64,000 nt of DNA from Giardia intestinalis (taxonomy: Eukaryota), in the NCBI GenBank assembly GCA_000002435.2, contig CM018793.1, one strand, 5' to 3'. A program made the position numbers and the translations under genes. A model generated the notes under the pieces. The model made no database searches and was not told the origin of the DNA. It saw nothing but the letters and a program-made list of their open reading frames with translations. Positions 1-10,457 of this stretch are shown one piece after another; the first letter of the stretch is position 1; each line of letters starts with the position of its first letter.

Positions 1-1326
1 GGCAGCAGGGCGTATCCGTTCTGCATCATCATGTCTCCCACGCGTGAACTTGTCCAGCAGACTGCCAAGGCGAGCTGGATGCTTAGCTATGGAACATCGA
101 TACTCACGAGAGTTGCCTATGGCGGAGATCCCTCTGGCCCCCAGCGGGATGCGCTCCAAATGGGCTGTGACATACTCGTGGCCACTCCAGGGAGGCTTCT
201 CGACTTTATTAAGCAGGGGGTCGTTGAGACAACGTATGTCCGCTTTGTTGTCTTTGACGAGTGCGATCGGATGCTTGACATGGGGTTCGAGCCTCAGATT
301 CGTGACATCTTGCACGAGCTCCCTCCCATCCACCACTCTGTTCAAGATCCCAGCAATCCTGACATCACGCACCAGATAGAGCGGCAGACCCTCCTCTTCT
401 CTGCCACCTTTCCCAAGGAGATCAAGAACCTTGCAATGGAGTTTCTTCGCCAAGACAGACTTGTCTCCATCACAGTAGGACAGATAGGGTCTTCCAATCC
501 GAATCTGGCGCAGCGCGTTGTGTTGGTTGAGCGCAGCAATGACAAACTGCGGCTTCTGACAGAGTATATAACGGGGCAGAATGCCGACTTGAACAACATG
601 CTCATAGAGGTATACGGCACCGACAAGGAGCAGGATCCATCCCTCTCTACAGTTTCTAGCACGGCTGGGATCTCTGAGGAGTTTAACGAGGCGATGAACG
701 CTACCTATCCTGATAGCCATGCTGCACGCCATGACACTCTCAATAAAGACGGGATTATTCAATATCAAACGATTGTCTTCACAAATTTCAAGTCAGAGGC
801 GGATCGCATCTTTAGGTACTTTGATGATATGCGATATAGAGTTGCCGTCATACATGGCGATATGACCCAAAAAGAGCGGGAAAACAATCTCAAGTACTTC
901 AAGGCTGGCCGCACCAACATCCTCATTGGTACTGACGTTGCACAGCGAGGACTGGACATCCCTAACGTCAGGCTCGTTCTGAACTATGACCTGCCTGGAA
1001 ATGTCGATGACTACACACACCGGATCGGTCGAACAGGGCGCGCTGGCAGGCCTGGTCTGGCAGTGACGTTTGTCTGCCCTGATCGAGACAATGTGGGCGC
1101 CCTGAAAGATATACGCAGAAAGATGATGGACACGAAACAGCCCATACCGGATTGGTTCAACAGGACCATAGACGAAATGCTCAGTGATAAGCGCAACGCC
1201 AAGAGCGCGCGCAGAGGTGGTGGTGGCCGCGGCGGCGGCGGTGGTCGTGGAGATCGAGGTTATGGCGGCGATCGAGGTTACGGTGGTGGACGTGGCGGCT
1301 ACGGCGGAGACCGAGGAAGATATTAA
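1..1326 (+). CDS. DEAD-box ATP-dependent RNA helicase (DDX3/Ded1/Vasa-like), 5' end outside window; C-terminal RGG/GYGG repeat tail
   Basis: Frame open from base 1 (GSRAYPFCIIM-SPTRELVQQ = motif Ib, so the ATG at 31 is internal); motifs VFDECDRMLDMGF (motif II), SAT, ILIGTDVAQRGLDIP, HRIGRTGRAGRPG (motif VI); (RGG/GYGG)n at 1195-1320; stop 1324-1326. Confidence 0.85.
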   Translation, partial: GSRAYPFCIIMSPTRELVQQTAKASWMLSYGTSILTRVAYGGDPSGPQRDALQMGCDILVATPGRLLDFIKQGVVETTYVRFVVFDECDRMLDMGFEPQIRDILHELPPIHHSVQDPSNPDITHQIERQTLLFSATFPKEIKNLAMEFLRQDRLVSITVGQIGSSNPNLAQRVVLVERSNDKLRLLTEYITGQNADLNNMLIEVYGTDKEQDPSLSTVSSTAGISEEFNEAMNATYPDSHAARHDTLNKDGIIQYQTIVFTNFKSEADRIFRYFDDMRYRVAVIHGDMTQKERENNLKYFKAGRTNILIGTDVAQRGLDIPNVRLVLNYDLPGNVDDYTHRIGRTGRAGRPGLAVTFVCPDRDNVGALKDIRRKMMDTKQPIPDWFNRTIDEMLSDKRNAKSARRGGGGRGGGGGRGDRGYGGDRGYGGGRGGYGGDRGRY

Positions 1327-1418
1327 GTTGTAAACGGTCTGACTGGGAGTGTCCCTGACCCTTGGATTGTTGCATTTTACATTTATCAACATACATTAGG
1401 AAATATTCGTGAGTGCAT

Positions 1419-3476
1419 ATGATTGACGGATCTCCGGACAAGTTGTACAAGAGGCTCGAGGAACTGGGGAGAGGATCATTTGGAAAGGTATATAAGGTCC
1501 AACATCGGAGAACAGGAGAGTTCTATGCTTTGAAGCTTGTTGCGTATCATGGAATGAGCACCAAACTGTACGACATGCAGACGTCAGAAATAGAGCTTCT
1601 TACATCTGTTCATCACCCCGGGATTATAAACTATCATGAAGCATACGATGATCACGAAAATAAGGAGTTCGGTATCATAATGGACATTTTCACCAAGGGT
1701 GACCTACACAGCTACATTAACAAAAAGAGGGTCACTAAGGCATCTGTTTCAGAGCAAAGCATATGGGCGATTCTTTCACAACTTGCCTATGCCCTGTCGT
1801 ACTGCCACAGCAAGACACGTGCCCAGGGGATCGAGTTTGGGGTTGTAATTCATCGAGACATAAAGCCTGAAAACATCCTGATCAGCGATGATGGCAGAGT
1901 TGTTTTCTCGGATTTCGGTATCTGCAGGGCTCTCGAAGAGCGTAAGGCAACGGGAACAATCGTGGGGACCGTCGCATATCTTGCCCCCGAGATTGCTAGC
2001 ATGAAATCCTACGATGAAAAGGTTGATATTTGGTCACTCGGATGCACCATCTACGAGCTGTGTACGAAGACATTGCTCTTTCGTGCCAAGAACATATCTG
2101 ACTTGGCGAACAAACACAAGGAATTCAGTTCTGAGTCCCTAATCATTCAACATCACGGATATAGCGAGCAGCTAGAGACAGTGCTCAAAGCAATGCTTCA
2201 AGTGGATCCCACTGTTCGCATATCTGCTGCAGAAATCTGTCACATCGATAGAGTGCGCGTGGAGCTCGATAAGTTCAAGCAGATGATGGCCGAGAAGGGG
2301 AAGCCTATACCCCAGGAGGTCCCCGTGCCCAATGCGCCCCAGACCCCCGTGAAGCAGGCGGTTTCAGCTTCGCCCTCGCCGTTCGCGCATCTCAAGTGGA
2401 GCACCAGCAATTCACAACAAGAACAGCGCCGCCTTCCTCAGAGTAGACCAATGAGCCCCCCGCCTGTTGAGGATGTGCGTCCTCGCAAAGTCCCTCCGCA
2501 GAATAATCCATCAATAGATGACCTTATTCTTGCTGTCAGACAGAATAATATCACAGACATCCGAAACCTTTCGAAAACGCTGGCCCGTAAGACAGATAGC
2601 TCTGGCCGGTCAGCATTAATGCACGCTGTTATAATGGACAGAATAGAGGCGGTAAAGATCCTCGCCCCCTTAGAGTCTGGACTGATGGACAAGAGTGGAC
2701 GTACCGCTTTGCACTATGCATGTGCGAAGAAGGAGCCAAATAAGCAAATGCTCTTGCTTCTCGGAGAAGTTGAGGGCCGTGTGGTGAACTCAATTGGAAG
2801 AACATCGCTGATGCTTTTGATAAAGGACGGGCGTAAAGACGTTGCACAGCTCCTGGTAAACAAGTCGTATGGCGTTCAGGATGTGGCAGGCACCACAGCA
2901 CTGATTCTGGCTATACGTTATGGGCAGACAGACATAGCCATGCAACTAGTGCACAAAGAACAGAAGCTTGTGATGAAGAATGGGTGGTCGGCTTTGATGG
3001 AGGCAGCACAACAGGGAAATGTCACCGTGGCAAGAGCACTAAGAAACGCTGAGTTTGGACTCAGGGGCAACATGGAATGGACCGCGCTCATGGTCGCAGC
3101 AGCTCATGGCAGTGACGGGGTCTGTAAGATTCTAATGGACGTCGAAGGAAAGCAGCGCGATACCCTGGGAGAAACAGCACTGATGAAGGCTGCGCGGGCT
3201 GGCAAGTCAAACTGTGCGCAGGTTCTTCTTCGTGCTGAAGGAAAGCTCGTACGGCCGGATGGGAAGAGTGCACTGATGTGCGCTGCAGAGGCCGGCCATA
3301 CAGAGTGCGTTCGTGTACTCTGTGCCACTGAAGCAGGGCTAAGGAAGCAGGATGGCCGCACGGCCCTGAAGTTCGCTCTCGAACGAGGACACACTGAGTG
3401 CGTCGATCTTTTGCGGCCCTACGAAGATGTCACCTCCCCACGACAAGATGTTAACTGTACGGGAAAACGGAAGTAA
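1419..3476 (+). CDS. NEK-family Ser/Thr protein kinase with C-terminal ankyrin repeats
   Basis: GRGSFGKV...ALK (ATP site), HRDIKPENILI, DFG, APE kinase motifs; aa ~370-680 are repeated ankyrin units (TALMxAxxxGxxxxVxxLL). ORF-track start 1413 is GTG; first ATG at 1419. Confidence 0.85.
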   Translation: MIDGSPDKLYKRLEELGRGSFGKVYKVQHRRTGEFYALKLVAYHGMSTKLYDMQTSEIELLTSVHHPGIINYHEAYDDHENKEFGIIMDIFTKGDLHSYINKKRVTKASVSEQSIWAILSQLAYALSYCHSKTRAQGIEFGVVIHRDIKPENILISDDGRVVFSDFGICRALEERKATGTIVGTVAYLAPEIASMKSYDEKVDIWSLGCTIYELCTKTLLFRAKNISDLANKHKEFSSESLIIQHHGYSEQLETVLKAMLQVDPTVRISAAEICHIDRVRVELDKFKQMMAEKGKPIPQEVPVPNAPQTPVKQAVSASPSPFAHLKWSTSNSQQEQRRLPQSRPMSPPPVEDVRPRKVPPQNNPSIDDLILAVRQNNITDIRNLSKTLARKTDSSGRSALMHAVIMDRIEAVKILAPLESGLMDKSGRTALHYACAKKEPNKQMLLLLGEVEGRVVNSIGRTSLMLLIKDGRKDVAQLLVNKSYGVQDVAGTTALILAIRYGQTDIAMQLVHKEQKLVMKNGWSALMEAAQQGNVTVARALRNAEFGLRGNMEWTALMVAAAHGSDGVCKILMDVEGKQRDTLGETALMKAARAGKSNCAQVLLRAEGKLVRPDGKSALMCAAEAGHTECVRVLCATEAGLRKQDGRTALKFALERGHTECVDLLRPYEDVTSPRQDVNCTGKRK

Positions 3477-3478
3477 AC
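3472..3478 (+). promoter_or_regulatory. putative polyadenylation signal AGTAAAC overlapping the TAA stop of the kinase gene
   Basis: Exact match to the Giardia AGT(A/G)AA(C/T) consensus, positioned on the stop codon as is typical. Confidence 0.45.
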
Positions 3479-3616
3479 AACGGCAAAGAGATGTGCCGGC
3501 CTTGGTACAACATACCCACACGCGCCTCAGAAGGGTGCCATTCCATTGTCTACACACCTGACGTGCACATGCAGTTCTAATAATTGTGTGCTGGTATAAG
3601 TCGGCAGTTTAAAAAA

Positions 3617-4540
3617 ATGTTTTCGCCAGTGCTACTCGCAATCGTCGCCGTATCTTGTTCGGCAGACTGCCTATCTGGTGGTAATGCTAATGTTACTAGT
3701 AATAAGGAATTTAATATACAAGTTGGTGGTAGCTCTGCATGCACTACTAATTCATGGATTTACGTTTCTTTCCCTTGCGGGAAGACACTTACTTTCAAAC
3801 AGAAAATTTCAACCTCTCCCACTAGTAGTCCGCTAACTTTTAACTGTAGCCACTTTTATTCGTCTACCAATGATCCCAATTTGCTTTGTGATTTTTATCA
3901 GTGTCGGTCAATTGATGGTCAACCCGCCGTTAAAGCCACTTATAACACTACGCAAAACGCTAAGCTGAAGGCAGGAGAACTTGTTAAAAACGAAGAAAAA
4001 ACTCTCACCCTTAAGATCACGGGGGATCTGACTCCACCTGAGGAGACCGACACCAAGGATAAGAACCTCCTCACTATCGTGATCATCTCTGTGGTCGTGA
4101 TTATCGTCCTTGTCGTCGTCTTCGTTGTGTTCTGCATACTTTGTAAAAAGAAGAGGACGCAGACGAACGCTGACGCCGCGCAGAAGATCGACGCCGCGTA
4201 CAGAGAGCACCCGAAGAACGAAATGCTCATAGACATCGTCAGAACGCAGAAGCGGTATGACGACTCAGAAAACACAGACGAGTTCTACCTAAACATCGGC
4301 GACTCGGGGGCCCTCGCCGTCGCTTCAGACAAGATCAAAACTAGGGGCCCCAAGCATGGAGGGTCTTCCCGGTCCAAGGCCAATAGGTCGCACACTATAG
4401 AGAGCGAAGACGGTAGCTTTATGATATCTGACGGAAAGATGCGTAGCTCATCTCGAGCTTCCTTCCACGATGAAAGCTTTACCATAAACCGCGTCCTCAA
4501 GCCGGCGACGGGGAACCTTGACCTTACAGACAGTGACTAG
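3617..4540 (+). CDS. hypothetical type I membrane protein (signal peptide, Cys-containing ectodomain, one TM, cytoplasmic tail)
   Basis: First ATG at 3617 preceded by aaaaaaa; MFSPVLLAIVAVSCSA signal-like; TM LLTIVIISVVVIIVLVVVFVVFCILC followed by KKKRT stop-transfer. Confidence 0.55.
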   Translation: MFSPVLLAIVAVSCSADCLSGGNANVTSNKEFNIQVGGSSACTTNSWIYVSFPCGKTLTFKQKISTSPTSSPLTFNCSHFYSSTNDPNLLCDFYQCRSIDGQPAVKATYNTTQNAKLKAGELVKNEEKTLTLKITGDLTPPEETDTKDKNLLTIVIISVVVIIVLVVVFVVFCILCKKKRTQTNADAAQKIDAAYREHPKNEMLIDIVRTQKRYDDSENTDEFYLNIGDSGALAVASDKIKTRGPKHGGSSRSKANRSHTIESEDGSFMISDGKMRSSSRASFHDESFTINRVLKPATGNLDLTDSD

Positions 4541-4645
4541 CGAGCCCCTGGCGGTTTTTAGCGTATGTACGTTAGCTCCTTAGTGTTGCACTTATCTATA
4601 TGTCTTTGTAAACAAGCGTTCAGAGATAGACTTTAGCCAAAATAA

Positions 4646-5005
4646 ATGCGAGCACTTGGACGTCGCGCTTGGAGGGGCTTCTGCGGGTTTATCGGGGCGT
4701 CTGCGCTGGTACCGGCTGTCTCTTGGCCTGATGTGGACGACTATGTCAAAAAACTACAGGTTATTGAGAACCGCGAGGAGAACTCCATCATGCTGCACAG
4801 CGTCTCCGCAACCCCTCTCCTCAATACATCCAACTATCCAGCGCCCGAAAGTACCGCTCGGGACTCTCAAAGAGGTATACTGACACAATCCTTCGTAGAT
4901 TTTGAAAAGATTTGTAAAGAAATTCCGGCGTTTCTTAAGACAGCGTCCAAAGAAGATGTCTATGAGATGCACACAGTCATTGCAGCCATCAATAGCACAG
5001 CATAA
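4646..5005 (+). CDS. small hypothetical protein (119 aa)
   Basis: ATG preceded by gccaaaataa; no overlap with neighbours; no recognisable domain. Confidence 0.3.
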   Translation: MRALGRRAWRGFCGFIGASALVPAVSWPDVDDYVKKLQVIENREENSIMLHSVSATPLLNTSNYPAPESTARDSQRGILTQSFVDFEKICKEIPAFLKTASKEDVYEMHTVIAAINSTA

Positions 5006-5196
5006 GAAGCCACTAATATGGATTGTGTTTTTGGATCGCAGTTTTCCATTGTGAAGCAAAGAAAGGACGGAAAACCGTCCGCCGACAAGCTATTATGTTA
5101 CATACCTCTTTAAAATGCAGAATACGTTGGCTTTTACGCATTACACTATCCACATGAGACGATACACTAAGGCGCTCCTCCAAAAAACGTGAGATC

Positions 5197-5757
5197 ATGA
5201 CTCTGACTTCTGTTAGAGACTGGTTTTGTACGGTGGCATCTGGAGACCTGGACACCGTGAGGGATAACATTGATACATATGCTGGCGCCCGGTCGTGGAA
5301 CGGTGACACAGCCCTCATGGTTGCGGCCCGGTACAACTACTCTGAAGTGGTGCGAACTTTGGCCCCAATTGAGCATGGCTTACGGAATCAGGATGACTAC
5401 ACTGCTCTATTCATCGCAATAAACTACGACAGCATTGCGGCAGTGGAGATTCTTGTTCATTATGAAGCGTACCTAAGTATCAAGGAACGGTTAACACCGC
5501 TGCACTATGCAGTAGCACTCAATAGATTATCCTGCGTCCAGCCTCTAATGACATCCCTGGGCCACGAGCGGGACGCTAAGGGTCGGATACCTACGGATTT
5601 GGCGTATTTAATGGGTCACTTTGATATAGCCATTTTTCTCTCAATACGGGGCTACAACTGCACGCCTGGCATAATCTCGTCAATGATGATAGACCATGTG
5701 CACCATTTCTACAAGGTCTATTTCGAAGCAGCATATGATACCTTCGGTGCTGAATAA
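5197..5757 (+). CDS. ankyrin-repeat protein (Protein 21.1-like), 186 aa
   Basis: GDTALMVAARYNYSEVVRTLAP..., TALFIAINYDSIAAVEILV..., TPLHYAVALNRLSCV ankyrin units. Confidence 0.7.
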   Translation: MTLTSVRDWFCTVASGDLDTVRDNIDTYAGARSWNGDTALMVAARYNYSEVVRTLAPIEHGLRNQDDYTALFIAINYDSIAAVEILVHYEAYLSIKERLTPLHYAVALNRLSCVQPLMTSLGHERDAKGRIPTDLAYLMGHFDIAIFLSIRGYNCTPGIISSMMIDHVHHFYKVYFEAAYDTFGAE

Positions 5758-5850
5758 TTGCAGATGTACCCTTCAACCGGCGATTGATGCCCTCAAAGTT
5801 AATTATTTTCGTTTATTCTCAGGTTGAACAACTATGTGAACAGCTTAGCG

Positions 5851-6897
5851 TCACTGCTTAACCCTGCGCTTCGCTGTGAGGCTGTCGGATGCCTTTCTAA
5901 TCTTTTCGTAGTACTGCAACTCCTCGTCCCCTGCTAGTAACTCCACTTTGCACGTCCCTCCACAGAGAACAAGTTCCTTGTTAGAGTACTCTTTCACCGC
6001 AGCCTCTGCTGCTGCAGGGTGGTCTGTGTGGTAGCGGACATACCCCACTTCTGCACCAGGCTGAAAATCAATGAACTTAATGACCCCGAACTGGGAGAAG
6101 ACGCTCTTGAGAACATCCCGCGATGGAGCCTGGTCCTTGGGTGCGTCAGACACGGGTACAAAGTCAGACTTGACTGCATTCGACTGCTCATCAAACCCTA
6201 GTCGCCCTATACCCGTAAGTTTGAGTATCATCCCTTTAGTGATTGTCATCTGCTTCTTAGACGCGGCCGACTGCTTCCCCTTTTTGCTGCCGGCTTTCCA
6301 ACTATCCAGCTTAAGCACAATAAGATTCTTGCTCAGCTCCTCTGTTAATGCGGCAGGTTCCAACTCAGATAAGGACTTCGCACGAGCAACTGCCTCTTCT
6401 GTTTCTATCTCCTGAGAGCCAAAGCGCTTCCAGCATTCCTCGCAGTCCTCCAGAGTCGAAAACACAATAAATGCAGATCCCTTAAATTTCCGCTCCTTGC
6501 CTGAGAGGTAGCGCAACCCCACGTGTTCTATACGAACTTTAAGGACATCGCGAAAGAAAATCCTGATGGTATCAACCGTGAACCCCAGCGGCCAACCCTT
6601 TATATAGAGGGTGAGGGGCTCCGGCTGGTAGTTGGCGGGAATGGGAGCGCGACGTTTAACCCTAAGATCGCTTGACACCTCAATGACTGGTGAGTCAATG
6701 GCAGCGTCACGGAGTTGCTCAGGTGTCAGGCCGTAGGCCTTCAGCTTTGGAAAGTCGTTCACCACGGAAAGCTCAATAGACTGATCTGTCGATTCTCGAA
6801 GCTTGTCGAGCATCCACTTATCACGGGTGATGTTATAGTTAGAGAAGTAGTACTCAAGCTGCGTGAGAGCGTTGCGCGGCGCGTTTCCAATGTCCAT
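5851..6897 (-). CDS. La protein / La-related RNA-binding protein (La motif + RRM)
   Basis: N-terminal La motif LTQLEYYFSNYNITRDKWMLDKL...SIELSVVNDFPKLK; RRM-like KGSAFIVFSTLED; ATG at 6895-6897 (rc). Confidence 0.75.
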   Translation of the reverse strand: MDIGNAPRNALTQLEYYFSNYNITRDKWMLDKLRESTDQSIELSVVNDFPKLKAYGLTPEQLRDAAIDSPVIEVSSDLRVKRRAPIPANYQPEPLTLYIKGWPLGFTVDTIRIFFRDVLKVRIEHVGLRYLSGKERKFKGSAFIVFSTLEDCEECWKRFGSQEIETEEAVARAKSLSELEPAALTEELSKNLIVLKLDSWKAGSKKGKQSAASKKQMTITKGMILKLTGIGRLGFDEQSNAVKSDFVPVSDAPKDQAPSRDVLKSVFSQFGVIKFIDFQPGAEVGYVRYHTDHPAAAEAAVKEYSNKELVLCGGTCKVELLAGDEELQYYEKIRKASDSLTAKRRVKQ

Positions 6898-6932
6898 CTA
6901 CCTTTCTATTAATTTCATTCTTTTTCATCCGG

Positions 6933-9900
6933 ATGAGTGTTGTGAGCCAACAACTCCAGGCCGCAGAGGATCGCTGGGGTCGTGAGCGAGAGGCCATGGA
7001 AAAGCTCCTGGAGAAGCTTTCAAAATCCGCTGCAGAAAGCGGGTTTGATGGACATGTAAGCCAGAGTAGTCTGAGTGAGCTGTGTGCTCTTCAAGCCTTT
7101 GAGCAAGTGGCTGAGATCCTTCTCTATGCTGCGCAGGCGTTGCTGTCCATATTTGGACTTCTGGACTCTTCAGAACCCCAGGTCCTTGCTGAGCTCCAAG
7201 AGGAAATTACAGTGATGAGCGCCTCTACCCAAGCATTTGAGGACTCCGCGAACAAGAGGCCCCACCGTCCAAGCTACTGCTCTCAGAAGTACACCTCAGA
7301 GCAACTTGCCCTGGTATATCTGGTGCTCCTTGATTTACAGCCATGCATTCTTCACATGTCTATTACCAAGATCTTTGAGACTGGAAATATGAGCTTGCAG
7401 CAAGACAGGGATCCGTCCACAGGAAGCACCATCCGAACCTTGAGAAGCTACATGCGCGTGTTTCTCTCCTTTTGCCGAATACACCTTGCCGTCTCTTACT
7501 CCTTGTACAACACGCAACACAACCTTTATCCGGATGATTGGCTTATTCAGAAGGAGCATCACGTGACTCACGATGACTTGAACCCCCTTTCAATCCACCT
7601 TCTTGTGCTGGCCCAGCTGGATCTAGTTTTGAAGGCTATCATACCATTTGTGGAGGCTTTTGAGGTTGTCTTCAGCCTCTGCAAAGATACCACCGTGTCG
7701 GACTCTTCGGGATTACAGGAGGGAGATCTACCAATTTTGCACAAGTTGTCTTTCTTGTATGGATCGTCATTTCTACGAACGCTTTTATACTATTTTCACT
7801 ACATTCGTGCAAGACTTTATACAGATTCATTTGCCCTTGATAGGGACGGAAAGCGCAAGCAAATCTCCTGGATGTTCGTTGAGCTAAATGTAATAGCAAG
7901 CAATCTGGCGCAAAGTGGGCTGGAGGTGGCCAAGACAGATATGGATGTCATTTTGACTCATGCGGACCATTGCTTTAGCGAACTGGCCCGCACCTTTCTT
8001 CATCAAAGTCTTACAATCCGAACCTTCCTCCATAGCTTTACCACATCCCAACTCACTATTGACCACATTCCATGCAGCTCACAGAGCTCGTTATTCTTCT
8101 TCTTCGGCTCCTTGGTGAAGTTCTATAAATGCATCTACCTTGCAACTGGTGAGCTCAATCACGGTACTACCCTGTCATCTCAACCTTTCATTAGCGATCT
8201 AGCGGTTACCACATGCTACACTGCCTTGCATAGTACGGTTTCTACCCACCTACTAACGAGTTATCTGTTCGTCATCACAGGCTTCATAGAGGCATTTGGT
8301 ATCATCACATGCTTGTCTATAGAGTCATCTGTCTTCGATGAATCCACTTTTGAAAACCTCTGCACCTTAGCTGCGCAAGCGAACATCTGCTTGCGCGAAC
8401 GCGTGTCTAGCAATTTCCAGTGCACCTACTCGTCATCTATCAGCCCCATCTTTGATCACTATCGCGTCAATGAGACTATCCTTAGGCCGCTTTTTGCTGA
8501 CGACAGCGTAGAGTTGTCGACAGTACGCGCTTGTGATCTCATGTTTGACGGAATAAAAGATATGATGACCCTGTTTTCCGAGTTATGCGACCCAAGCCTT
8601 ATTCGGATTCAGACGGCAGGGAGCATACTGGTCTCTGCTTGGGTTTTAGCTGGAGAGCTTCCGCCAGCACACGCCATGTGTCTATTGACGTCAGTTGACC
8701 CTGTAGTCGTGCACACCACCGATGCCACTTCGGCCCTTTATAAACCTGTTAGCACTAATATAAATGGGGCACCAAGTGTCTTCATAGCCAAAATGCACTA
8801 TTCCTTGTTAGCAGAACCAGCAAAGGCATTTTACAAACAACATGTGATGAGACTATTTTCCATCAAAACAACGCAGGATACCCATGGGACTACTTCTGTT
8901 CCGCTCTACTACGAGTCCAACACTATTATAAGCCAGGACTGCGAGCACTCCTTCCTCGTGCAGCACACTTTACTTCAGGCAGAGGCTATTCTGGTAGTTC
9001 TCAAGAGCTTCACGAAAAACAGAGACATTTACAGATTTCATTCAGTGAAGTGGATAGGTTTTTCGGACTTAATTATGATGCTCATGGGAAGCGCCTACAT
9101 TGACGGCCTGAGCAAGTTGAGTACAGTGGATAAACTGTCAGATAATGTATTCCTCAAGGTGACATCCTATGATACAACTCCGTTGCAGAGCGAAAGCTAT
9201 GTTGGTTTAGATCTTAAGAGGACAACTACTCCATCCGTTAACAACTCCCTTATACCTAGCTATGCATCCGACCTGCAGCGCAGCAGTGGGATGCCTCTCT
9301 TTTCTTCGTGGATTGAACAAATTAACACAATCGAATCATATTTCCGCCTCCTTAACATGATGTCAACTTCCTCAACTCTAAGAGAAACGTTTTTCAACTA
9401 TATCGTTCTCAATTTGAAGATATACTTACACACTTTAGATACCTTTTGTAGCACTTTTGAACGCATGTATTCGGCATTTTCAGGGGGGCTTTATACAGAC
9501 TCTTCGTCATCCTTCAGTTTGCCAGGCACGCTTAAAGAAGAGGGCGAGCGACTCCATAAAGATGCTAGGAAATTTGGTCCACTGGTCGGGCGCAAGTATA
9601 TCGAGTATATTCATGCACTTGTGAATACAGCGAAGTCCATTAAACAGGTCTCGACACGCTACATAGATGTAATGGACGCTGAAGAATCCGTAAAGCTCCG
9701 CATGCTTGAGCGCCAAGTCAAAACAGTATCGAAATCATGTACGCGTTGCGCAAGCCTCTGCATATTCCTGCACAGCATAAATTCAATACTTGCCGTCATA
9801 CTTGATTCCGAGACCCTCAAAAGGTACTACTCTACCAGCTCGTTCAAGCTTGCTGGGACTCTGCCCTTTCCTGCAAACATCTTGTACGTGATTCAGGATT

Positions 9901-10274
9901 TTGATGGGGAGCTGGAGCGTCAAGAGATTGCAATTGGGTTTGTGAGCTATCTTGATTCCTGGTTGCTACGCTATGGTGTCCTCACTCAGCTACGCAGGAC
10001 ACGAGATTTGCAACTTGTGGATCGAATGATGCAGCGAATGCGCAGCCTTTTGGATGAATTTAGATACGTAAATGCCAGCATGCTTCAGGCGTGCAATGCG
10101 GCTATAGACATCTGTGGAAAAATACTCTCAAGTGAGAAAAGGTACGATGGCAAGAACCCGGCCGATTACTGCAAACAAATGTGGGGAATAGATGCCTCGT
10201 GCATTCCAGGGCCGCTAATAACTGAGTTGTTTCTTTCTGTCTACCAATGTATGGATGACAAATCTAAGCTGTGA
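6933..10274 (+). CDS. hypothetical protein, 1113 aa, no recognisable domain
   Basis: Long uninterrupted ORF starting at ATG 6933, 35 bp from the divergent La gene; Giardia-like codon usage. Confidence 0.65.
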   Translation: MSVVSQQLQAAEDRWGREREAMEKLLEKLSKSAAESGFDGHVSQSSLSELCALQAFEQVAEILLYAAQALLSIFGLLDSSEPQVLAELQEEITVMSASTQAFEDSANKRPHRPSYCSQKYTSEQLALVYLVLLDLQPCILHMSITKIFETGNMSLQQDRDPSTGSTIRTLRSYMRVFLSFCRIHLAVSYSLYNTQHNLYPDDWLIQKEHHVTHDDLNPLSIHLLVLAQLDLVLKAIIPFVEAFEVVFSLCKDTTVSDSSGLQEGDLPILHKLSFLYGSSFLRTLLYYFHYIRARLYTDSFALDRDGKRKQISWMFVELNVIASNLAQSGLEVAKTDMDVILTHADHCFSELARTFLHQSLTIRTFLHSFTTSQLTIDHIPCSSQSSLFFFFGSLVKFYKCIYLATGELNHGTTLSSQPFISDLAVTTCYTALHSTVSTHLLTSYLFVITGFIEAFGIITCLSIESSVFDESTFENLCTLAAQANICLRERVSSNFQCTYSSSISPIFDHYRVNETILRPLFADDSVELSTVRACDLMFDGIKDMMTLFSELCDPSLIRIQTAGSILVSAWVLAGELPPAHAMCLLTSVDPVVVHTTDATSALYKPVSTNINGAPSVFIAKMHYSLLAEPAKAFYKQHVMRLFSIKTTQDTHGTTSVPLYYESNTIISQDCEHSFLVQHTLLQAEAILVVLKSFTKNRDIYRFHSVKWIGFSDLIMMLMGSAYIDGLSKLSTVDKLSDNVFLKVTSYDTTPLQSESYVGLDLKRTTTPSVNNSLIPSYASDLQRSSGMPLFSSWIEQINTIESYFRLLNMMSTSSTLRETFFNYIVLNLKIYLHTLDTFCSTFERMYSAFSGGLYTDSSSSFSLPGTLKEEGERLHKDARKFGPLVGRKYIEYIHALVNTAKSIKQVSTRYIDVMDAEESVKLRMLERQVKTVSKSCTRCASLCIFLHSINSILAVILDSETLKRYYSTSSFKLAGTLPFPANILYVIQDFDGELERQEIAIGFVSYLDSWLLRYGVLTQLRRTRDLQLVDRMMQRMRSLLDEFRYVNASMLQACNAAIDICGKILSSEKRYDGKNPADYCKQMWGIDASCIPGPLITELFLSVYQCMDDKSKL

Positions 10275-10457
10275 GCACAACCAGCGTCTCTTACCTTGTT
10301 CCTTGTTAGAATCTAATGGTTCTAATTCTTATTTCATCGAGTATCGTTGGACCGGAGTGTGGAGTTATAAAGCTACAGAAAGAAGAATTCTACATAATTG
10401 TATCTATCTGTAAGCTGTAAGATGCACTCTAGACTTGCTCATTGGTAAACTGGGTTT

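Noticed and set aside
283-297. tRNA T-arm-like GGTTCGA fragments (283-297; also 50925-50937)
   Set aside because: There are no complementary stems or cloverleaf. The first lies inside helicase coding sequence.
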